Below, piece by piece: positions 49,001-58,873 of a stretch of DNA of 64,000 nt. Both the position numbers and the translations under genes were made by a program. Location of the stretch: contig JANWZJ010000002.1 in assembly GCA_025054525.1 (NCBI GenBank), positions 393 through 64,392 on the forward strand, read 5' to 3'. Within the stretch, counting starts at the first letter, position 1. Every line of letters starts with the position of its first letter. Source of the DNA: Bacteroidia bacterium (GTDB taxonomy: Bacteria; Bacteroidota; Bacteroidia; SpSt-205). The notes beneath the pieces are model-generated. The model was not told the DNA's origin. It did no database searches and saw nothing but the letters and a program-made list of their open reading frames with translations.

Positions 49001-50842
49001 ATGGGGCGATACCGACGCCCACTTGTAGAGCTGAGCGAACTCCTCCAAACTCCTTGGCAGCGAGTGATTTACAAACTGGCGGGCCCCTGGGTAGAGAAGG
49101 TAGTAGGCATAGAGAAGCTAAACCATTTTTATGAATTGTGCGAGGAAGAAGGCATGCAGCCTGGGGATTTTGCTCGCAGGGTCTTGGAAGTGATCGGCGT
49201 CCAGTATGTGCTCCCCCCTCCGCAGACCTTAGATAGCCTGCGCAAGCACACAGGTCCCTTCGTAGTAGTTTGCAATCATCCTTTTGGAGGGATAGAGGCA
49301 ATCTTCTTGGTACTCTTTCTGAGTGAGATTCGGGCGGACTTCCGCATCATAGCGAATCTCTTCTTAGAGCGAGTGGCAGAAGTACGAGATGCGCTTTTAC
49401 TGGTAGACCCTTTTGGTCGGGAAGGCTCGCGCCAGTTTAATCTACAGCCTATCCGTCAAGCCTTACAATATCTCAAAGACGGGGGGCTCTTGGGGATTTT
49501 CCCCTCTGGTGAAGTGGCCAGCCTGAACCTGCGCACGGGCAAAGTGCGCGAGCCAGACTGGAATCCCCTGGTGGGTCGGCTAATTTTGCAAAGCGGTGCC
49601 TCCGCCTTGCCGCTGTATTTTCATGGAACGAACAGTCTGCTTTTTCATTTGGCGGGGCTTATCAATCCCAGACTACGCACAGGGCTACTCATTCGGGAGT
49701 TTGTAGAGCCTGCTGCTCGCAAAGTACATTATCGCATAGGTAAAGTCATTCCTTTTGAGAAGCTCCAGGCGTTGGAGACTGCCGAAAAAATCACGGAGCA
49801 TTTGCGCAGTCGTACCTATCTACTGGGGGAAGTGCTGGAGAGTCGGCGTCGGCGCTTACGGCTGCGGCGATGGCGCCTTCCTATGCTTGCTACAAACTCA
49901 GAGCCTGACTCTGTTATTGAGCCTTTATCGGCTGAGATGATAGAAGCACAGATTCGCGGGTTGCCTCCCTCCCAGCGCTTAGTCTCGCAAGGGGAATGGG
50001 AAGTCGTGGTATTTCGGGGCAGTCAGCAGCCTCTACTTCTGCAAGAGATTGGCCGGCTTCGGGAAATCACCTTCCGCGCCGTAGGAGAAGGAACAGGCAA
50101 AGCCTGCGACACCGATGAATATGACCAGTGGTACGATCACCTTGTACTTTATCACACCCGAGATAAAGCCATCGCTGGGGCCTATCGTATCGGCCGCTGC
50201 GATGAAATCCTCCAAACTCGCGGACTGCGCGGGCTCTATATCTATTCACTTTTTCACCTACCCAGAAGGATGTTCAAAGAGATAGCTCCTGCTTTGGAGC
50301 TGGGACGAGCATTCATCTTGGAAAAGTATCAGCGTTCCTATGCACCGCTCTATCTGCTCTGGCGCGGTATCGGTGAATACATCCTGCAACAGCCCCGGTA
50401 TCGCTTCTTGATTGGTCCTGTGAGCCTGAGTCCCCGGCTCTCTGAGCTTACGAAGGCTTTTATTGCATTCTACCTCCAAGAAAACTATAGTAGTGCTGAA
50501 TTAGCCCAAGAGGTCAAAGGCCGCACCCCCTATACCCCTTCCCCTACTTTACGCCAATACTACTACACCGTATCCGTCCAATCCCTCCAAGATGTCCAAG
50601 ACCTCATAGAAGAACTAGAAGGCAGTCATATTCGCATTCCCATCCTTATTAAGCATTATCTCAAGATGGGAGCACGAATTTTAGCGTTCAACATTGACCG
50701 ATCCTTTAGTAATGCAGTGGATATACTAATGGTTACAGACCTTGTCAAGGCAGAATCCGAGCTTATGCGCAAATACATGGGGACAGCAGGATACGAGCGT
50801 TACCTCCGCTATCATGAGCAGCCACTTCCTACCTCAGGATAA
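49001..50842 (+). CDS. Bifunctional acyltransferase with an N-terminal PlsC-like O-acyltransferase domain and a C-terminal OlsB-like GNAT N-acyltransferase domain. It is an OlsF-like aminolipid (ornithine/lysine/glycine-serine lipid) synthase.
   Basis: The N-domain has lysophospholipid-acyltransferase motifs (VVCNHPFGGIEAI and GIFPSGEV). The C-domain resembles OlsB-type N-acyltransferases (…EIGRLREITFRAVGEGTGKACDTDEYDQWYDHLVLY…). At about 610 aa it matches OlsF size. Confidence 0.5.
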   Translation: MGRYRRPLVELSELLQTPWQRVIYKLAGPWVEKVVGIEKLNHFYELCEEEGMQPGDFARRVLEVIGVQYVLPPPQTLDSLRKHTGPFVVVCNHPFGGIEAIFLVLFLSEIRADFRIIANLFLERVAEVRDALLLVDPFGREGSRQFNLQPIRQALQYLKDGGLLGIFPSGEVASLNLRTGKVREPDWNPLVGRLILQSGASALPLYFHGTNSLLFHLAGLINPRLRTGLLIREFVEPAARKVHYRIGKVIPFEKLQALETAEKITEHLRSRTYLLGEVLESRRRRLRLRRWRLPMLATNSEPDSVIEPLSAEMIEAQIRGLPPSQRLVSQGEWEVVVFRGSQQPLLLQEIGRLREITFRAVGEGTGKACDTDEYDQWYDHLVLYHTRDKAIAGAYRIGRCDEILQTRGLRGLYIYSLFHLPRRMFKEIAPALELGRAFILEKYQRSYAPLYLLWRGIGEYILQQPRYRFLIGPVSLSPRLSELTKAFIAFYLQENYSSAELAQEVKGRTPYTPSPTLRQYYYTVSVQSLQDVQDLIEELEGSHIRIPILIKHYLKMGARILAFNIDRSFSNAVDILMVTDLVKAESELMRKYMGTAGYERYLRYHEQPLPTSG

Positions 50843-50856
50843 GATACCTTTGTAGC

Positions 50857-51633
50857 ATGTACGAAACTATCCTGTATGAAGTCAAAGAAAGCATAGGTTA
50901 CCTCACTCTGAATCGTCCCGATCGCTATAATGCGTTCAACGAGAAGATGAGCGCGGAGCTTCTCCAAGCCCTGCGAGAAGTACGCCGGGACAAAGCCGTG
51001 CGTTGTGTAGTACTGAAAGGGGCAGGCAAAGCCTTCTGCTCAGGGCAAGACCTCAAGGACATCGTAGGCGTGAAGCGTTCTTTGGGCGAATCGGTAGAGA
51101 AGCGGTACAATCCGATGGTACAAGCCCTTCATGAGCTGGAGAAACCCGTAATAGCCTGCGTGAATGGAGTAGCTGCGGGGGCGGGAGCTGGCTTAGCCTT
51201 GGCGTGTGATTATGTGATAGCGGCACGCTCGGCTTCTTTCGTGATAGCGTTTGTCAACGTAGGACTTTCCTTAGACACAGCGACTTCCTTTCACTTAGTG
51301 CGCACGATTGGACTCAAAAGAGCATTTGCTTTAGCGACTTTAGGGGAGCGTATCAATGCAGAGCAGGCACTGGCTTGGGGCATGATTAATGAAGTCGTAG
51401 AAGATGATAAGTTAGCGGAGGCAACCCATGCATTAGCCTTGCGCTATGCGGCTCAGGCGCCTCGGGCTTTGGCGCTGATTAAGAAACTCTTGCTGCGTAG
51501 CTTTGAACGCGGATACGAAGAAGCGCTTCGCTATGAGTACTTCTATCAAGAGGTAGCGGGGCGCACTCAGGATTATCAGGAGGGGGTACAAGCCTTCGTA
51601 GAAAAGAGGAAACCGGTTTTCAAGGGCGTATAA
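50857..51633 (+). CDS. Enoyl-CoA hydratase/isomerase (crotonase) family protein.
   Basis: Crotonase-fold motifs (…LNRPDRYNAF…, oxyanion-hole region GAGKAFCSGQDL, ACVNGVAAGAGAGLALACD). Confidence 0.8.
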   Translation: MYETILYEVKESIGYLTLNRPDRYNAFNEKMSAELLQALREVRRDKAVRCVVLKGAGKAFCSGQDLKDIVGVKRSLGESVEKRYNPMVQALHELEKPVIACVNGVAAGAGAGLALACDYVIAARSASFVIAFVNVGLSLDTATSFHLVRTIGLKRAFALATLGERINAEQALAWGMINEVVEDDKLAEATHALALRYAAQAPRALALIKKLLLRSFERGYEEALRYEYFYQEVAGRTQDYQEGVQAFVEKRKPVFKGV

Positions 51634-51634
51634 G

Positions 51635-52345
51635 TTAGCGGGCGGCCCAGCGCCGAAGCTGCCTCAGTGCTACCTCAAAATGCTCTGGGAAAGTCGCTTC
51701 CACTCGTAGCGTTGCCCTTTGCTCAGGATGCTCAAAGGCTAAGTAGCCCGCATGCAGGAAAATCACATGCTCGGAATGCAGGGGACGCTCTGGCTTGCGG
51801 TGTGAGGGTTTATAGCGGGGAGGAAAAGAAGAAAGATATAAAGGTTTGCCGCCGTAGAGCACATCCCCCACAATCGGGAACCCATAGTAGGAGAGATGCA
51901 AACGCACCTGATGGGTGCGCCCTGTAGCAGGTACGCAGGTGATCAGACTATACCCACGAAACTTTTCTATCGTGTGAGCGATAGTGAGTGAAGGCTTGCC
52001 GTGGCGAGGGTCAACGCGCGGCGGGTCTAACGCAATAGGCGCTTGCAGCTCAGCCGCCCCAAAATCGGGTTCGCCATGAACAAGCGCCCAGTATTTTTTT
52101 TCTACGGTGTGCTCCGCAAACTGTCGGTAGAGAAACCGAAAAGCCGCCTCCTCCCAAGTCAGCAGTAAAAGACCCGAAGTGGGTTTGTCCAGACGATGAA
52201 CAAGCCGAGCTTGGGGATGTAAGTGCTTTTTCGCCCAAGCCAGGACATCAATACCCGAAGGGCCTGTGCGTTCAGGAAGGGACGGGATCCCCGCCGGCTT
52301 CACTATCACCGCCAGCAGCCAATCCCGAAAGACGATTTCCATCAC
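51635..52345 (-). CDS. RluA-family pseudouridine synthase.
   Basis: Catalytic motif HRLDKPTSGLLLL and an N-terminal VVKPAGIPS segment. Confidence 0.75.
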   Translation of the reverse strand: MMEIVFRDWLLAVIVKPAGIPSLPERTGPSGIDVLAWAKKHLHPQARLVHRLDKPTSGLLLLTWEEAAFRFLYRQFAEHTVEKKYWALVHGEPDFGAAELQAPIALDPPRVDPRHGKPSLTIAHTIEKFRGYSLITCVPATGRTHQVRLHLSYYGFPIVGDVLYGGKPLYLSSFPPRYKPSHRKPERPLHSEHVIFLHAGYLAFEHPEQRATLRVEATFPEHFEVALRQLRRWAAR

Positions 52346-52880
52346 GCTTCAAAATACGCGACCAGCTCTGGATGATGCGCTGGATACGCTCTTTATCTTG
52401 GGTTGCTAAAACGGGCAAAGCCACCTCTACCGCTGCCATCAAAATCCCCACTATCTCCTCCATCTGCCTAATCACATGATAGGTGTGCGCATCCTTTTGT
52501 ACATCTTCTCGCTTGATAAGCGTTTGTAGAAGTTCCTTCACGGGCACAATCTCTCGCTCAAAGCGTTTCTGGATGATACGCGCCGCAATCAGCCAAATAT
52601 CCTTAGTCGCCGTGTAGAGAGAGCGACGCGTGTTAGGCAGGTCTATTTTCTGGATCAATCCCCATTCCAACAGTTTGCGCAGGTTAATGCTGGCACTGCC
52701 GCGACTAATGCCTAACTGTTCTATGAGGGTGTCCGCATCTAAAGGTTCGGGATACACATACAGCAGCGCAAATATCTGAGCCATCGCAGGCCCTATGCCC
52801 CACGCATAAGCTAACCGCCCCCATACTTCTATAAGTCGTTGCTGGGCAGGCGTGAGAACTATACGCTTTTCCTGGTACAT
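52272..52880 (-). CDS. Winged-helix transcriptional regulator (GbsR/MarR-like). The start is set at the internal Met MYQEK…, because the track ORF to 53075 is an upstream extension.
   Basis: The HTH region DADTLIEQLGISRGSASINLRKLLEWGLIQK is typical of GbsR/MarR-type repressors. Its 3' end overlaps the RluA gene. Confidence 0.45.
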   Translation of the reverse strand: MYQEKRIVLTPAQQRLIEVWGRLAYAWGIGPAMAQIFALLYVYPEPLDADTLIEQLGISRGSASINLRKLLEWGLIQKIDLPNTRRSLYTATKDIWLIAARIIQKRFEREIVPVKELLQTLIKREDVQKDAHTYHVIRQMEEIVGILMAAVEVALPVLATQDKERIQRIIQSWSRILKRDGNRLSGLAAGGDSEAGGDPVPS

Positions 52881-53907
52881 TTGGGATGTGCTTAGGCAAA
52901 GATATGTAGTTGGTATAGTATGGGGGTTGATGGTGGGGGGATGTTCTACCGAGGTGGATTTAGTAGCGCCCGAAGCCCGAGAACGCTTGGTAGTGTATGG
53001 TATTCTGCGCACGGACTCTGACTCGCAGTACATCCGTATCGGGAAACTTTTCGTTACCCGAGGGAATGCTGCCAACTACGCCAGCCAGAATGACCTCAGC
53101 GTAAAGGCACGAGTACGATTGAGAGATGAATCGGGACGGGAATGGCTGGGTATTCCTGAAACCGTGGGGAAAATCCCATCCCAGCCCTTTTATCCTATAC
53201 ATACCGTGTATCGGCTCCATATGCGCCCCATCCCTCGGCAGCGCTACTTTCTACACATAGAGGTGCCTGAAAATCCCAGCTTGAATGTAGAAGCGACTAC
53301 GATTGTGCCTTCACCTCCGTACTTAGCGCGCCCCGAGAGCATAGTCTATTTAGGACCAACTCCCTCTTACCCCTCTATAGACCTGACGAAAAAAATAATC
53401 TTTACTTTCTTCCCCCAGTATGAGTCTCACCTACCTGTTTTAGCAGCGGCATACGAGCTTAGCTTCTTTTTTCATTATAGGAAGGTGGTAGCCCCTGGCG
53501 ATACCCAACAGCGCAGATTTGGGCTGGGTCCAATCAGAGTGCCTCACCAGCCCACGACACGCGCTCAAGCATACACTTTTGCCGAAAAAGCCCTCCTTCG
53601 CCAAGCCTATGCTTCCATTCAGCCAGAAACTGGTATGTCTTTATATGATGCCAGTCCCCTGAGCCAAGCCTGGGGTTTAGACCTTACCGCCATAGATACA
53701 GCCTTATATCAGTACCTACGAGCTAATGACCCAGCGACTACCGACTTTACCACCGTCAAGCCAGAATATACCAATATACGCAACGGCTTAGGGGTTTTTG
53801 GTTCGGCGGCACCAGCTCGCCGCTATTTTCGGATAGACCCCTGCTCGGAATACCTACTTCGCCTCAATAATGCCCCGCGCCCTTATACTACTTGTAACTT
53901 AGAATGA
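52852..53907 (+). CDS. Hypothetical lipoprotein (possibly DUF4249-like), translationally coupled to the downstream histidine kinase.
   Basis: Signal plus lipobox-like segment …GIVWGLMVGGCSTE, and an ATGA overlap with the HK start at 53904. Confidence 0.35.
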   Translation: MRTIRFSWYIWDVLRQRYVVGIVWGLMVGGCSTEVDLVAPEARERLVVYGILRTDSDSQYIRIGKLFVTRGNAANYASQNDLSVKARVRLRDESGREWLGIPETVGKIPSQPFYPIHTVYRLHMRPIPRQRYFLHIEVPENPSLNVEATTIVPSPPYLARPESIVYLGPTPSYPSIDLTKKIIFTFFPQYESHLPVLAAAYELSFFFHYRKVVAPGDTQQRRFGLGPIRVPHQPTTRAQAYTFAEKALLRQAYASIQPETGMSLYDASPLSQAWGLDLTAIDTALYQYLRANDPATTDFTTVKPEYTNIRNGLGVFGSAAPARRYFRIDPCSEYLLRLNNAPRPYTTCNLE

Positions 53908-55169
53908 TGCGGCTACGCTGGATAGTACTCTGGCTCGTCGCACCGCTTGGAGTTATCATTTTTACCACTTACTACACACGGCAGCTCACTCGCCAGCTCC
54001 TGAATCAGCAAACCTTCATGCTACGCTTCTATGCCCACATGTTGGATTATGCTGCGCATGCTCCCGAACCTTGCCTCAATAACTACTTATTAGAGTTCCT
54101 TTACCCCTCCGATAATCAGAAGTTCCGCGCCTTCTTAGTGCCGCTTGTTATCACCGATGCAGGGGGCACCATCCTCCGGCATAATCTCAATGAAGTACTA
54201 AACGAGCTATCCCAGCCCGCCTCCTTTACTTTGGACCAGGCTTTATTATACTTGGACATAGATACCACGGAGTTTCCCCCGATTTCCGTACAGATAGCAC
54301 CGGGAAAAATACATAAAATATACTACGGAGAGCCTCTTATACTGGAGCAAGTTCAGCGGTTACCCTTATTCAGTGGGCTTGCGGTTGTGGGTATTGCGAT
54401 TATGGGCATTTCTTTTCTCGCTGCGGCGAGCAAGAGCCGCCAACAGCGTTTATGGTTAGGCTTGGCGAAAGAGACTGCCCATCAGTTAGGCACGCCACTG
54501 TCGGGATTGGTCGGCAGTGTAGAAGTACTCAAGGGGTCCCCAGAAACCCTGCCGCGCCTTTTACCCCGCATGGAAATAGACATTCAGCGTCTGCAGGAAG
54601 TAGCGGACCGCTTCTCTCGTATCGGCATGCGTCCCCAGCTCAAAAGTCATAGGCTGTTTGAGGTGCTGGAAGAAGTAGTGCGTTATATGAAACATCGGCT
54701 TCCCAGCTCTATAACCTTGGAACTCAAACTGCCCGCAGAACCTTCTCCTGTGCTTCCCTTGGATGCCACACTCCTGCGCTGGACTATAGAAAACCTCATC
54801 CGCAATAGCGTAGATGCCCTTCCCCCAGAAGGAGGCACCATCTTCGTGCGAGCCTTGACCCGCCGAAAAGGAGTCATCGTAGAAATAGAGGATAATGGAC
54901 GGGGTATTCCTACTGCACGATGGGAAGATATTTTTCGGCCGGGCTATTCTACCAAGAAACATGGCTGGGGTATGGGGCTTGCGCTGGCACGCAGAGTGAT
55001 AGAAGAATACCACGGCGGCGAAATCTTCGTCCGACAGAGCAAACCCCTTCAGGGTACTGTGTTTCGGATATGGCTGCCGCGGGAACGCCCGTTTATACCC
55101 CTGCGCCGATGGCTGCGTCCCCTCCGCTACCGACTCAATCTCCTCCTCTCCCTCTTGCGCAAACAATAG
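53904..55169 (+). CDS. Membrane sensor histidine kinase with two TM helices, HisKA and HATPase_c.
   Basis: H-box HQLGTPLSGLVGSVEVL, and the N/G boxes NLIRNSVDAL and DNGRGIP…GWGMGLALARRVIEEYHGGEI. Confidence 0.7.
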   Translation: MMRLRWIVLWLVAPLGVIIFTTYYTRQLTRQLLNQQTFMLRFYAHMLDYAAHAPEPCLNNYLLEFLYPSDNQKFRAFLVPLVITDAGGTILRHNLNEVLNELSQPASFTLDQALLYLDIDTTEFPPISVQIAPGKIHKIYYGEPLILEQVQRLPLFSGLAVVGIAIMGISFLAAASKSRQQRLWLGLAKETAHQLGTPLSGLVGSVEVLKGSPETLPRLLPRMEIDIQRLQEVADRFSRIGMRPQLKSHRLFEVLEEVVRYMKHRLPSSITLELKLPAEPSPVLPLDATLLRWTIENLIRNSVDALPPEGGTIFVRALTRRKGVIVEIEDNGRGIPTARWEDIFRPGYSTKKHGWGMGLALARRVIEEYHGGEIFVRQSKPLQGTVFRIWLPRERPFIPLRRWLRPLRYRLNLLLSLLRKQ

Positions 55170-55239
55170 ACCTTGCTTCCGCTCCCCCTCAGCTATGTCT
55201 CCCGCCCAATAAATGAAGGGAAAGCCTCCCGTTCTTCAC

Positions 55240-58200
55240 CTACCCAATCTTTACTCCCACTACCAGCACATCATCCACCTGAGGTAGCCGCCGAGGGATT
55301 CGCCATGCATCCAAAGTAGCCTTGAGCCTTTCGGGCTGCGCCGAAGCAGGCATACCCGTCAGTTCTTGGAGTAGTACCCGAAACCGCTTAATCCCGAACC
55401 TCTGTCCCATTTCACCGCCTAACTGGTCTGTATAGCCGTCTGAACTGAAGTATAGCCAATCGCCCTTTTCTAAGGTCAAAGTATGCGTAGTGAATTTAGA
55501 GCCGCGCAGAGCAGGTATTTCACTCAGTCCTACGGGGATAGGGTCTTTGGGAAACTCCTCCACTTTATCGCCTCGCACGCGCCAGAAGGAGCGCCGAGCC
55601 GCTGCATATTCTAAGTACCACCCCTGACTGGATCGCCTAAAGCGACACAGCACCCCCTCAAATCCATCTTTGATTTCCTCGCCCTGGTCTGGGTTGAGCA
55701 TGCGAATGATTTGAGCAGAGAGGGTATCCAACATCGTACCGGGCGAAGCATGGGGTATCTCTTTGACCACTCTTTCTATTAGGGAGAGCGTAAGCAGACT
55801 CATAAAGGCGCCGGGCACCCCATGTCCCGTACAATCAGCCACCAGCATAAGCAGCTCTTCATCGCCTTTCACACTGGGCGGAGAAAAAAACCAGTAGGTA
55901 TCCCCACTAACTAAATCCCGAGGCAAAAAGAAGACAAAACTTTCTGGAAAGAACCGTTGCAGAATGGCAGCGGAAGGAAGGAGCGCACGCTGGATGCGCT
56001 GCGCATAAGCGATACTATCTATAAGGTCTTGTTTTTGGGCTTCGGCGAGTTTGCGCTGAAACTCCAACTCCTGATTAGCCGCAAGGAGGGCTTGATTTTG
56101 GGCTTGGATGGTGGCAGTGGCTTTGCGCACTTCTTCTTGGAGATAGGCGGCTTGACGGCGCAACGCTCGCACCCTGTACCGCACAAACAAAAGCACTGCC
56201 CCTATCCCTAAAATACCATATAAGATATAAGCCGCAGTCGTGCGCCATAAGGGCGGGGCCACACGGAAACTCCACCGTGCCGGAGAGCTCCACTGCCCCC
56301 CTAACCTGCGCGCACGCACTTCCAAAGTGTATTCCCCCTCAGGCAGGTGGTAAAAGTAAGCTCTGGGATCGCGACTGGGACGACTCCAAGTCGCATTCCC
56401 ATATCCTACCAAACGATACCGATACTCTATGTCAGGCAAGTCCCTAAGCCGCCCCGCAGGAGAGAAAGTAAAGGTCAAGTCATATGAAAAGTAGCTTGTT
56501 TCAAAAGAAGCCCATGAGGGTGCAGGCCATTTGCCTCGGGTCTCTAAAGTAGGTAGGGGTACGGCAAGCTCAAGAGGTACTGCATTAGAGTTTTCTTCCA
56601 ATAGCCCTGAAGAGGGACCCAGCTCAATCTCCTTTTGAAGCCAAGAAGCCCACCGGTGAAGCACCGGAGCAATCGTGCGTATTCGCAATCGCAGACGAGG
56701 AGCAGGGATAGCATGCGCCTGAGAGTCTTGCTGATAGAAATAGACTTTGCCTCCCGTGAGTAAGAAGACCCCCCTTTTATCCCTCCAAAGACCCTGGGCT
56801 ACCTTTTGAACCTCCGTGGCAAAGCTCATATAGACATATGCAGGATTAGTAGCGCTAATAAGAGAGAGTCCTGCTTTAGATACCAAGCTGTATTGATACC
56901 TGCGGTAGCTCACAGAACCAGCGACGAGACCCGAGAGACGATTTTTTTCGCTCTGCCACCAGAGCGTATCCGTTCCGCCTATGAACCTGGAAGTACCTTG
57001 GAGGCCCTCTGCGAAACCCAGCTCAAACCGATGCACAGTCTCATTTCGGGGATTCAGTTCGTAGCAGATTGCACTCTGTCCTTTTCGGCTGGAGCGTTCG
57101 CACCAGAGGCGCTCTTGGCTATCTATGGTCAGCCCTTCATATCTACCCCTATCCGCAAGCCATAAGGTATCTCTCCATATCACATATACGCCTGAATCGC
57201 GCACTACCCACAGAGCTTGCTCCCCCGCCCTTCCTATGAATCGCACATCTCTCCAAGGCAAAGGAATATTATTGGCATAAAGTACGCCCTTGCGCAGAAT
57301 CCAGAGTTTATCGCCGAGGACGCTTACCCTCTCTACGCTATCTATGGGAAAAATTTCCCATACACTTGACCGAAAACGCATCAGGGGAGCACTACCTACT
57401 ATCCACAGGTCTGAGTGAATCGGGTCCGGTAAAAGTCTGCACCCCCCCAGGGAAGGAGAACCCCCGACATATTCCCAACTTCGCCCTGTTCCCCTCCATA
57501 AGCCGCCTGAATCACTGAGCAGCCATAGCTTATCCTGTAACGCGCACAAGTCTTGAATGGTGTTTTGAAAAGGGAGCTGTACCTCCTCTACTAAATCATC
57601 CTGAACTACCGCTATAAAATTCTCGGTTTCTCCAAAGCTGCGGGCTAACCACAGCTCACCTTCATATCCTACAAACGCTAAGTTGAGCTGAACAAAATCG
57701 GTATTATTTGTAATCCACTCCCCTTCATGGCTGCTTACGAAAAGATATGTACCTTGCGTACCCATTAGAATACCTTTCTTACTCACTGCCAAGTGATGAG
57801 GCAGTAAAGGAGGCATTTCTGCCACACGATGCAACTTGCCTGAGGCATAGACGAAAGTACCTGCATCCGAGGCGAATACAATCTTATTCCTTCCTTCTCC
57901 TCGTGCCATAGACGCGGGAGATCTCCACAGAGAAACCGTAGCATAGCCTATTTTGACAGAGTTCTCCCTCCAAAAAAGCAGCCCTTGCCTATCTGATTGA
58001 CTGAACGCAGCTACAAGCGTATCTTCTATCCATCCAATCGGGAAAATGCGGATTTCTCCGAAGCTGATTTCCCATAGCGAGTCGCGGGATAGGCGATAGA
58101 GTTTATGTTCCCACGGCTGGGCTAAGATGACTCCTTCCTGCGGGTGGGGCAAGATGATAGAGTAGGAAAATGACAAGCTCTTGTGATACCAGTGGAGTCC

Positions 58201-58851
58201 GTCATAGAAAAGCAGGTCCTTACCACTTACTGCCCAAACTCCGTAGCTATCCTCACAAACGATGGGGCTTTGAGAGAGAGTTATACTTTCTGGTATGGGG
58301 AAGGCTTCTATGCGCTGACCATCCCATCGCATAAGGTATCTCGGCGAACTCGCCCAGATATCCCCAAACTTTCCCATCGTCATATAATCAAAGCGCTTCC
58401 CTTGCCACATCCATATCTTAGAGAACTGCTCAGCCAATACCCCCCCAGATGACATATAACTCACTGCGTAAGTCTCTGTTATTCCTGGTTTTTCCTTACG
58501 CTCAAATGAGTGATAGAAGCGCCTCTGAAGTAAAAATCTGCCTTCCTGCAGGGATAAAGAGATTTCAGGGGCGATTTTGGCTGAGAAGGGGTCTGGTACA
58601 GTAGCCGAACGCATGCTTACTTGTGTAGGGCTAAGGCTTGAACCCGAGAGATAGGGAGATAAAAGCTGATAAGGTCGCAGGCTTAGCTCCTCAGAAGCCG
58701 GGGCTTCATAGGACTCTATGCTTTGCTCATAGACGAAGTGGGAGAGAGCCGAAAACAGAATCAGTACTACGCCGAGCGTGGACAGGACAAAGACTGCGAT
58801 CCCAGCAAGTATCCACCACCGCAAGCGCCCAAAGAACTGGCGCATAGGCAA
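55240..58851 (-). CDS. Transmembrane sensor protein with a large extracytoplasmic beta-propeller/Y_Y_Y-type ligand-binding region, a TM helix, coiled coil and a C-terminal SpoIIE/PP2C (RsbU-like) phosphatase domain.
   Basis: N-terminal TM helix, a roughly 800-aa region rich in W/Y beta-propeller-like repeats, a second TM helix (YILYGILGIGAVLLFV), a coiled coil, then SpoIIE motifs FFSPPSVKGDEELLMLVADCTGHGVPGAFMS and LYFSSDGYTDQ. Confidence 0.7.
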   Translation of the reverse strand: MPMRQFFGRLRWWILAGIAVFVLSTLGVVLILFSALSHFVYEQSIESYEAPASEELSLRPYQLLSPYLSGSSLSPTQVSMRSATVPDPFSAKIAPEISLSLQEGRFLLQRRFYHSFERKEKPGITETYAVSYMSSGGVLAEQFSKIWMWQGKRFDYMTMGKFGDIWASSPRYLMRWDGQRIEAFPIPESITLSQSPIVCEDSYGVWAVSGKDLLFYDGLHWYHKSLSFSYSIILPHPQEGVILAQPWEHKLYRLSRDSLWEISFGEIRIFPIGWIEDTLVAAFSQSDRQGLLFWRENSVKIGYATVSLWRSPASMARGEGRNKIVFASDAGTFVYASGKLHRVAEMPPLLPHHLAVSKKGILMGTQGTYLFVSSHEGEWITNNTDFVQLNLAFVGYEGELWLARSFGETENFIAVVQDDLVEEVQLPFQNTIQDLCALQDKLWLLSDSGGLWRGTGRSWEYVGGSPSLGGCRLLPDPIHSDLWIVGSAPLMRFRSSVWEIFPIDSVERVSVLGDKLWILRKGVLYANNIPLPWRDVRFIGRAGEQALWVVRDSGVYVIWRDTLWLADRGRYEGLTIDSQERLWCERSSRKGQSAICYELNPRNETVHRFELGFAEGLQGTSRFIGGTDTLWWQSEKNRLSGLVAGSVSYRRYQYSLVSKAGLSLISATNPAYVYMSFATEVQKVAQGLWRDKRGVFLLTGGKVYFYQQDSQAHAIPAPRLRLRIRTIAPVLHRWASWLQKEIELGPSSGLLEENSNAVPLELAVPLPTLETRGKWPAPSWASFETSYFSYDLTFTFSPAGRLRDLPDIEYRYRLVGYGNATWSRPSRDPRAYFYHLPEGEYTLEVRARRLGGQWSSPARWSFRVAPPLWRTTAAYILYGILGIGAVLLFVRYRVRALRRQAAYLQEEVRKATATIQAQNQALLAANQELEFQRKLAEAQKQDLIDSIAYAQRIQRALLPSAAILQRFFPESFVFFLPRDLVSGDTYWFFSPPSVKGDEELLMLVADCTGHGVPGAFMSLLTLSLIERVVKEIPHASPGTMLDTLSAQIIRMLNPDQGEEIKDGFEGVLCRFRRSSQGWYLEYAAARRSFWRVRGDKVEEFPKDPIPVGLSEIPALRGSKFTTHTLTLEKGDWLYFSSDGYTDQLGGEMGQRFGIKRFRVLLQELTGMPASAQPERLKATLDAWRIPRRLPQVDDVLVVGVKIG

Positions 58852-58873
58852 AGATAATGCTCCAAGCCATGAC

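Noticed and set aside
52272-53075. The long form of the regulator ORF, and the long N-terminal forms of the PPIase ORF (62254..63720) and the yebC ORF (18156..18980).
   Set aside because: Their N-terminal extensions have no homology-like features and overlap neighbouring genes. Internal Mets coincide with recognisable family N-termini (MAGHSKW for YebC, a signal peptide for the PPIase, and the winged-helix start for the regulator).
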